Virus record (IMG/VR): IMGVR_UViG_2713896773_000025 | Reading direction: 5' to 3' (one strand) | Origin: a virus | Taxonomy: Duplodnaviria > Heunggongvirae > Uroviricota > Caudoviricetes | Length of the DNA: 32,043 nucleotides | Part shown: piece after piece, positions 25,862-32,043 of the stretch | Layout: every line of letters starts with the position of its first letter | Numbering within the stretch: the stretch's first letter is position 1 | The notes under the pieces: model-generated | The model's input: the letters and a program-made list of their open reading frames with translations, nothing else | What the model was told of the DNA's origin: nothing | Database searches by the model: none | Program-made: the position numbers and the translations under genes

Positions 25862-27189
25862 GCTGGGAAGATTCATTACAGGATGCCTCATTCAGGGGCG
25901 TCCGCTTTGATGTGGTTAATACCCGTGACAGCGCCAGTCGCGACATTGCGACGTATGAGTATCCCTATGTCGACGGTGGTGATGTTGATGATCTTGGCCG
26001 CAAGCCTCGTAACCTGCGGATGACAGTCCTTTTCTGGGGTGATGATTATGATGTGCGGCTGCAGGCGTTTCTGGCCGCACTGGATACTCGCGGTAGCGCA
26101 GAATTAATTCATCCCGTTTTCGGCTCCATGACGGGCATGCAGTGCATTGAGTATCAGGCATCGCATGAAGCGGAGAACGTTGATTACTGCGTTGTCGAAG
26201 TGGTCTTTATCCAGGGGGGACTTAATCTGCCTTTCTTTGGCAGCGATTTCCCGCTGTCGAAAGCTGATATCGTTTTCAACCAGGCGCAATCCGCTCTGGA
26301 GAAAGCCCAGACGGCCATCGACAATATTCTCTCGCCTCTGCGTACAGCGAAAAAGTGGATGAAAAAAGCGAAATCGCTGGCAACCACGACGCTGAATATG
26401 GTGACCGTGCTTAAGGGGGAACTGACGGGATTTGTCAGTACCACCTCGGATTTTGTTAATTACCCAAAATCGTTCATGAATGACCTGCAGAGTGCGCTGA
26501 GTCTGACGTCGTTTCAGTCCAAATCAAGTGTCAGTAATAATCCAGGAAGCTATTCACAGTCCTCAGACGTTTCCGGCACAGCAGGCATCGTGATGGCCGA
26601 CTGGAAGAATGGCCGTAACAATCTGCAGGATGTGGCCGCATTACCTCAGCAGATAGTGACCGGGAAAAAAACGGTTGCTGTTGCCGTTCCGGCAGGCTCA
26701 TCAACCTCGGATATTACCGAGCTGGTAACGGCGGTAAAAACTCAGGTTGCAATCCAGCTGGCACTTGATGCTTCCGACATACTCAGTGACAGCAGCATCA
26801 GCGATATTCTGTCTCCCGTTGATATTGAGCAGATCACCAACGACACCAGGACGGCCATTCAGGAGGCAATCGACCAGACGCGGGACACCTTTGCTGCTGA
26901 TACGCAAAACCTGAGTGCCGGTGAAACACCTGGTGGCGTGACCTGGCAACCCGTGGTTGAAGGTCTCAAGGATATCGCCCTGACCGTTCAGGAGCTGGGC
27001 TCAGCGGTTATTACCAGCAGACCACCACTGACTACGCGAGTGGTATTGTCCGACACAAACCTGCATTTGCTGGCCCACCTGTGGTATGAGGACTACACGC
27101 GCGCCGCCGAGTTGCTGCGTCTCAATCCGACACTACGTAATCCTAACAATATCAAAGCCGGTGACGTTCTGAATGCCTACTCAAGATAA
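25858..27189 (+). CDS. Mu N-like DNA circularisation protein (443 aa, GTG start)
   Basis: N-terminal ASFRGVRFDV...YEYPYVDGGDVDDLG resembles the DNA-circularisation N-terminal domain; follows the tape measure as in Mu. Confidence 0.72.
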   Translation: MSWEDSLQDASFRGVRFDVVNTRDSASRDIATYEYPYVDGGDVDDLGRKPRNLRMTVLFWGDDYDVRLQAFLAALDTRGSAELIHPVFGSMTGMQCIEYQASHEAENVDYCVVEVVFIQGGLNLPFFGSDFPLSKADIVFNQAQSALEKAQTAIDNILSPLRTAKKWMKKAKSLATTTLNMVTVLKGELTGFVSTTSDFVNYPKSFMNDLQSALSLTSFQSKSSVSNNPGSYSQSSDVSGTAGIVMADWKNGRNNLQDVAALPQQIVTGKKTVAVAVPAGSSTSDITELVTAVKTQVAIQLALDASDILSDSSISDILSPVDIEQITNDTRTAIQEAIDQTRDTFAADTQNLSAGETPGGVTWQPVVEGLKDIALTVQELGSAVITSRPPLTTRVVLSDTNLHLLAHLWYEDYTRAAELLRLNPTLRNPNNIKAGDVLNAYSR

Positions 27190-28390
27190 AGATTCGCAGA
27201 ATACAGTGAGCCTGGTTATTGATGGCAAAATCCATAGTGCATGGAGCCGCTATCAGATTGACTCCGATTTTCTGATCCCCTCCGATGCATGGAGCGTAAC
27301 GCTTGGGCTGCCTGATGGTATTTTCCCTCCGGCCATTAAACGTGGTGTGCCGGTGCTGGTCAGGGTGGGTAATGATGTTGTCATGTCCGGTCGGGTGGAT
27401 GTGGTTCAGCGCCGGGTATCCCGTCAGCAGGTTTCTTTATCTCTTTCCGGTCGCGATGGTGCAGCCGTGCTTGTTGACTGCGCTTCACCCGTTTTTACCT
27501 CCCGCCAGCTCAGTCTTGAAGAGGTGATCGCCCAGGTTGTCAGACCGCTGGGGATAACGAACATCCGCATCGAGGCTGAGTCATCCCTGCGTAATGACAA
27601 GGTCAGCGTGGAGCCCGGAGAACGTGCGTGGGATACCCTTGAGCGTGCAGCTGCTGCACGCGGGTTATGGCCATGGTTTGAGCCAGATGGCACGCTGGTA
27701 ATTGGAGGGCCGGATTACACAAAAGACCCTGTAGCCACGCTTGTTCTGAATCGTGACGGTCGGGGAAATAATGTCCTCGATCTCAGTGACCGGTCATCCA
27801 TTACCGGTGCGTTCTCTGAACTGACAATGCTGGCACAGGGACACGGCCAGGGGAAAAAGTCAGGAAGACTGGAAGTTATTGACGTTGATGATCAGAGCGC
27901 TGAGGCTGAAGACGATGATGATGCCGACGCAATTTATGACAGCACCGGCTCTGCAGAGAATGGCTTTCATGGCTTACGTAGTACCGTTCGCGACAGTACC
28001 GTACCTTTCTATCGTCCGCAGATTATGGTTGCTGGTGATGCTGATAATCAGGCGCAGGTTGATTATCGCGCGAGAAAGGCCATGGCTGACGCCCGTCTGA
28101 ACGGGTTTGATCTGACAGTAATTGTTAAAGGCCATCGCATGGAGAACGGTCAGTTATGGCAACCGGGCCAGCGTATTCGTGTCCGAAGCGAGCCACATGG
28201 CATTGATGACATTTACTTCCTCATGGGAAGAGAGTTTTCAGGTGGTCGTCCAGACAACACCATTACCACCCTGCGGCTCAAAGAGGATGGAATATGGATA
28301 CCGGATGCTTATCCGAAAAAACGCAAATCACGTAAGCGTCGCGCCAAAGTAAATAAAGAGCTGGAGATTATCGATGTGGAACAAAATTGA
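27173..28390 (+). CDS. baseplate hub / Mu P-like tail protein, gpD-like (405 aa)
   Basis: Position and size in the baseplate block. Confidence 0.7.
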   Translation: MPTQDKDSQNTVSLVIDGKIHSAWSRYQIDSDFLIPSDAWSVTLGLPDGIFPPAIKRGVPVLVRVGNDVVMSGRVDVVQRRVSRQQVSLSLSGRDGAAVLVDCASPVFTSRQLSLEEVIAQVVRPLGITNIRIEAESSLRNDKVSVEPGERAWDTLERAAAARGLWPWFEPDGTLVIGGPDYTKDPVATLVLNRDGRGNNVLDLSDRSSITGAFSELTMLAQGHGQGKKSGRLEVIDVDDQSAEAEDDDDADAIYDSTGSAENGFHGLRSTVRDSTVPFYRPQIMVAGDADNQAQVDYRARKAMADARLNGFDLTVIVKGHRMENGQLWQPGQRIRVRSEPHGIDDIYFLMGREFSGGRPDNTITTLRLKEDGIWIPDAYPKKRKSRKRRAKVNKELEIIDVEQN

Positions 28391-28979
28391 CTCTCGTATT
28401 AACACGGCGTTAAACCGTATAAGAAAGGCCTTCAGGGGCGTTTTAATAAGGGTTAACAGCGGTGGTGATATTCAGACCATTCAGGGTAAAGGTCTGGCCA
28501 CTGAGTCTTTGCAGGATGTGGAGATGTTTCAGCAGTACGGTTTTACATCCAACCCGCCCAGGGGGACTAAAGCCATTGTGCTCCCGCTTAACGGGCGCAC
28601 CAGTCATAGCGTGGTGATTGCCACGGAACACGCTGCATACAGGCTAAAGAGCCTGAAAAGTGGTGAGCTTGCCATTTATTCGGATGAAGGAAGCAACATT
28701 ATTCTGAAGCGCGGAAAAATAATTGAAGTAAACTGCGATGAATATATCGTTAATACTAAAAAGCACACGGTGAATACCGAACAACATATTGTTAATACCA
28801 AAACGTATAAAACCACAGCCTCAGAGCGGGCAGATTTTGATACACCATTGCTGAAAGGCAGTAATGAAGTCGCTGACGGCAAGTCTACGCTGAACACCAT
28901 GCGTGAGACTTATGACGGTCACGACCACGACCACGGCGGTGATGCAGGCACAACGCAGAAACCTAATCAGCAAATGTAA
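28374..28979 (+). CDS. baseplate spike protein, gpV-like (201 aa)
   Basis: Repeated YIVNTKKHTVNTEQHIVNTKTYK beta-helix-like repeats and C-terminal HDHDHGG metal-binding-like tip typical of spike proteins. Confidence 0.75.
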   Translation: MWNKIDSRINTALNRIRKAFRGVLIRVNSGGDIQTIQGKGLATESLQDVEMFQQYGFTSNPPRGTKAIVLPLNGRTSHSVVIATEHAAYRLKSLKSGELAIYSDEGSNIILKRGKIIEVNCDEYIVNTKKHTVNTEQHIVNTKTYKTTASERADFDTPLLKGSNEVADGKSTLNTMRETYDGHDHDHGGDAGTTQKPNQQM

Positions 28980-29015
28980 TTTGTGGTAACGTAAGTTCTC
29001 CTTCAAAAGCAATAC

Positions 29016-29077
29016 CCACTGAACCCCTTCACCGATAATTTAAATTTCCATGCCGGTAGTATTACGGCATGGAAATG
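29016..29077 (+). promoter_or_regulatory. late-promoter-like element, copy 3: motif CCACTGAACCCCTTCACC (29016..29033) plus 12-bp hairpin 29044..29076 covering both candidate start codons
   Basis: Stem ATTTCCATGCCG / CGGCATGGAAAT with loop GTAGTATTA; ATGs at 29069 and 29075 are inside the 3' arm. Confidence 0.55.
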
Positions 29078-29419
29078 TTGATTGATCCAACGACCGGCGA
29101 TTATACCGGCGACAGCTCAGACTCTTTAGCGAATGCCGTCTACTTACGGCTGATGACGCCCCTTGGCTCATGGTGGGCTGATCCAACTCTGGGCTCTCTT
29201 TTGCATACACTCCGCCGCGAAAAGGATGTGTCTCGCGTTCAACAACTCGCGGTGCAGTATTCGCGGCAGGCCCTGCAACCGATTATTGACGACGGTCGCG
29301 CCCAGTCCATTTCCGTTACTGCAGAGCACTGGCAAAAAGGCTGGATGCTGCTTCATATCACCGTCACGTCTGCGAGCGGAACGCCGCAGACCTGGAAATA
29401 TCCGGTTAAGGTCAGCTGA
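29069..29419 (+). CDS. baseplate protein, Mu gp46 / GP46-family (116 aa)
   Basis: Size and position before the baseplate J-like gene. Confidence 0.68.
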   Translation: MEMLIDPTTGDYTGDSSDSLANAVYLRLMTPLGSWWADPTLGSLLHTLRREKDVSRVQQLAVQYSRQALQPIIDDGRAQSISVTAEHWQKGWMLLHITVTSASGTPQTWKYPVKVS

Positions 29420-30486
29420 TGCCATTCATTACCAAAAATGCCGCGCAAATACGCACTGACATTCTGCGGGATATCAAAAATCTCCTGCAGTTGTCAGATG
29501 ATACGCTGGGCCCGGACAGCGACTGGTACATCCGGGCATCGAGTGTAGCCAGTGTTGCCGAGGGGCTTTATCAGCATCAGGGATGGATAGTCCGTCAGAT
29601 CTTTCCGGATACTGCTGATTCGGAATTCCTCTATCTGCACGCCCGTTTACGTGGTTTAAGCAAAAAAGCAGCCAACAGCGCCTCCGGGCCTGCCACGTTT
29701 ACCGGCGAACCAGGAGCGGTGGCCGCTGCCGGTCTTGTGTTCAAACGCGACAGTGTTTCGTGGACAACAACCGAAGATATTATTGTCGGGTCAGATGGAA
29801 AATCATCGGTAAACGCAGTGTCTTCTCTGGCCGGAACCACTGGTAACACCACTTCCGTCACATCGGCCACACTGACCACAACACCTGATGGGTTTGACAG
29901 CACAGTGACAGTAGGCCTGATGACTGGCGGAACAGATGAGGAAACGGATGCAGAGCTGCTTGCTCGTCTGCTTGAAATCATCCGCCGACCTCCTGCAGGC
30001 GGCAATAAATATGATTACAAACGCTGGGCGCTTGAGGTATCAGGCGTATCCGCCGCATATGTTTACCCTTTGCGGCGGGGGCCGGGTACCGTTGATGTTG
30101 TGATCACGTCTGCAGGTGGGCTGCCATCTCAGGATGTGATCGACAGGGTGCAGGCTCACATTGACGATGTCCGGCCTGTTACAGCAAAAAACACGCTGGT
30201 GCTCATACCTGTCATCCGTACATTTGACGTCCTCGTGAAGGTATCACTGGAGGGCATCACCCTCGCAGCAGCCAAACAGGCTGTCGCCGGAACGCTGGAG
30301 GACGATGACTCGCGCCGAGAGCCTGGAGTGGCTTTTATTCGCAGCCAGGCGGGGACATTGATTTCTCTAATTCCGGGTATTACCGACTATGACATCGTTA
30401 CACCATCGGCAAATATTCAACCGATAATCGATGCCACGAAAGTCGAATGGCTCAAATTAGGAAACGTTGAGGTAGAGCTGCTATGA
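29419..30486 (+). CDS. baseplate J-like protein, Mu gp47-like (355 aa)
   Basis: Size and position; start overlaps upstream stop. Confidence 0.78.
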   Translation: MPFITKNAAQIRTDILRDIKNLLQLSDDTLGPDSDWYIRASSVASVAEGLYQHQGWIVRQIFPDTADSEFLYLHARLRGLSKKAANSASGPATFTGEPGAVAAAGLVFKRDSVSWTTTEDIIVGSDGKSSVNAVSSLAGTTGNTTSVTSATLTTTPDGFDSTVTVGLMTGGTDEETDAELLARLLEIIRRPPAGGNKYDYKRWALEVSGVSAAYVYPLRRGPGTVDVVITSAGGLPSQDVIDRVQAHIDDVRPVTAKNTLVLIPVIRTFDVLVKVSLEGITLAAAKQAVAGTLEDDDSRREPGVAFIRSQAGTLISLIPGITDYDIVTPSANIQPIIDATKVEWLKLGNVEVELL

Positions 30487-31055
30487 GCTACTTCACGCTG
30501 TTAAATCGTCTGCTGCCACTTGTTTCGTACAGCCCGGGCCAGCCTCTGCTTGATGCATCATTGCGATCTGAATCAGGTGTTTTTGAGACTCTCGATGCGT
30601 CTGCAGGGCTTGTTGAAGGTGGAGTTACTCCATTTTATGCACGCAGCCTTTTGTATGACTGGGAACGCGTCCTGGACCTTACTCCTGCTGAAGGTGCGAC
30701 ATACCAGCAACGCCAGCAGCGTGTACTGGCTAAACTGGCTGAAGTCGGTGGTCTCAGTATTCCGTACTTTACTCAGTTGGCAAGCAACCTTGGCTACATC
30801 ATCACAATTGATGAACCGCAACCTTTCAGGGCGGGAGTTGGCCGCGCCGGTGATCGCCTCTGGGTTGAAGACATTATCTGGGTCTGGCGCGTCAATATTC
30901 AGAACTCAGGAACTCAATCCTATCGCTTTCGCTCAGGCAGTTCAGCTGCAGGTGAGCGCCTGACAACGTTTGGTGATCCGATTATTGAAGACGTCTTCCG
31001 TGATCTCAAACCAGCCCATACATTTTGCTACTTCGCATATCAGGAGAATGAATAA
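30483..31055 (+). CDS. tail protein, Mu gp48-like (DUF2313-like) (190 aa)
   Basis: Position between baseplate J-like gene and tail fibre; ATGA overlap. Confidence 0.68.
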   Translation: MSYFTLLNRLLPLVSYSPGQPLLDASLRSESGVFETLDASAGLVEGGVTPFYARSLLYDWERVLDLTPAEGATYQQRQQRVLAKLAEVGGLSIPYFTQLASNLGYIITIDEPQPFRAGVGRAGDRLWVEDIIWVWRVNIQNSGTQSYRFRSGSSAAGERLTTFGDPIIEDVFRDLKPAHTFCYFAYQENE

Positions 31056-31804
31056 TGCGGCCCTTAATGCCACCGGTGCAGACGCCGGATAATCTTTTCC
31101 ATGATGGTAATCCGCTCACAGGTGAGCTGGGGACCATTGTTGATGCTGAGCATCTGAATAACGTGCAGGGGGCTGTCAGAGATGCGCAGTCGGAGCTTAT
31201 TACTGTCCTGAACGCTGCCGGTATTAATGTTGATCCTTCTAAACAAAACCAGTTATTAACAGCACTAAAAGCGCTGTTACTGAGTCGCTCAAATCCGTTT
31301 GGCGATATCAAATCGGATGGCACCGTGAAAACGGCTCTCGAAAATCTTGGTTTGGGAGAAGGCTCAGCGTTACCCGTTGGTGTACCTGTTCCGTGGCCTT
31401 CAGCCACTCCGCCAACAGGCTGGCTGAAATGCAATGGTGCGCCTTTTTCTGCCGAAGAGTATCCGGAACTGGCAAAAGTTTATCCGACAAATGAATTGCC
31501 AGATTTACGTGGTGAGTTTATTCGTGGCTGGGATGATGGGCGAGGAGTTGATACGGGGCGCAGAATTCTGTCTGCTCAGGGGGATGCTATTAGAAATATT
31601 ACAGGCTGGTTTGGTGCGCACGCCACAGTGGTGGCTAAACCTCCGTTTGTTAAATTTTCTGCGCCGGAAATAGCAGAAAATGTCGGGGTTGGAGGGGGGA
31701 GTACGCGAGACGCTGTCAAACTTGATTTATCGTTATCGGTCCCCACGGCAAGCGAAAACCGCCCACGCAGTATCGCATTTAACTATATCGTGAGGGCTGC
31801 ATAA
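31055..31804 (+). CDS. short tail fibre protein with phage tail-collar-type domain (249 aa)
   Basis: [31 protein letters not shown]...[19 protein letters not shown] pattern characteristic of the tail-collar fibre domain. Confidence 0.75.
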   Translation: MRPLMPPVQTPDNLFHDGNPLTGELGTIVDAEHLNNVQGAVRDAQSELITVLNAAGINVDPSKQNQLLTALKALLLSRSNPFGDIKSDGTVKTALENLGLGEGSALPVGVPVPWPSATPPTGWLKCNGAPFSAEEYPELAKVYPTNELPDLRGEFIRGWDDGRGVDTGRRILSAQGDAIRNITGWFGAHATVVAKPPFVKFSAPEIAENVGVGGGSTRDAVKLDLSLSVPTASENRPRSIAFNYIVRAA

Positions 31805-32043
31805 TGACACAGGCAAAATTAAACAGTGAATTTATTGCCACAGTAGCGGGTGATATTACCGTCTATAACTATGACAACACGACACGGGAATACATTTCAT
31901 CATCAACAGAATATCTTGCCGTTGGCGTCGGTATCCCGGCATGTTCTTGTTTAGATGCACCAGTTACACATAAAGCTGGTTATGCAATCTGCCGTTCTGC
32001 AGATTTTAACTCATGGGAATATGTGCCAGACCATCGCGGTGAA
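31804..32043 (+). CDS. tail fibre assembly protein, Tfa-like, truncated by window end
   Basis: N-terminus VYNYDNTTREYI...GIPA...DAP...AGYAICRSADFNSWEYVPDHRG follows the pattern of lambdoid/Mu-type tail fibre assembly proteins; no stop codon before the window ends. Confidence 0.7.
   Translation, partial: MTQAKLNSEFIATVAGDITVYNYDNTTREYISSSTEYLAVGVGIPACSCLDAPVTHKAGYAICRSADFNSWEYVPDHRGE

Larger units (their letters stand above)
1..32043 (+). mobile_element. Mu-like transposable prophage, partial (ner through tail-fibre assembly gene; both ends outside window)
   Basis: Uninterrupted plus-strand gene order ner, DDE transposase, AAA+ B, small early ORFs, gemA, mor, lysis, terminase, portal, F, G, I, T, sheath, tube, tape measure, baseplate, fibre matches phage Mu architecture. 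Family assignments are from recalled motifs only. Confidence 0.9.

Noticed and set aside
1-32043. CRISPR arrays, tRNA or rRNA genes, integrase or att sites
   Set aside because: No regularly spaced direct repeats, no tRNA-like structures noticed in the few intergenic gaps, and no tyrosine/serine recombinase; a transposable phage integrates by DDE transposition, so an integrase is not expected.

Overview
The whole window is one plus-strand gene block that reads as the left and central part of a Mu-like transposable prophage; both prophage ends lie outside the window. In order: ner, DDE transposase A, AAA+ protein B, a packed run of about 14 small accessory ORFs, gemA and a Mor/C-family activator, an AT-rich membrane-protein moron, a lysis cassette (GH19-type endolysin, holin-like protein, nested i/o-spanins), terminase large subunit, portal, F-like, G-like, I-like protease/scaffold, major capsid, tail sheath, tail tube, frameshifted tail chaperone, tape measure, baseplate genes, and a tail fibre plus assembly gene cut by the window end. 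I saw no rRNA, tRNA, CRISPR array or integrase. All protein calls come from motifs recognised by eye; no search was run. The most interesting signal is non-coding: an 18-nt motif (CCACTGAACCyCTTCAyC) occurs three times, each upstream of the first gene of a late block (lysis, head, baseplate), and each is followed by a different perfect hairpin whose 3' arm buries that gene's start codon. This fits a family of activator-dependent late promoters with structured leaders, possibly adding translational gating. Other points worth a second look: a perfect 19-bp palindrome in front of gemA, the G-I intergenic region, two diverged paralogous small genes in the early accessory region, an AT-rich membrane-protein moron, and an A_AAA_AAG -1 frameshift site in the tail chaperone.
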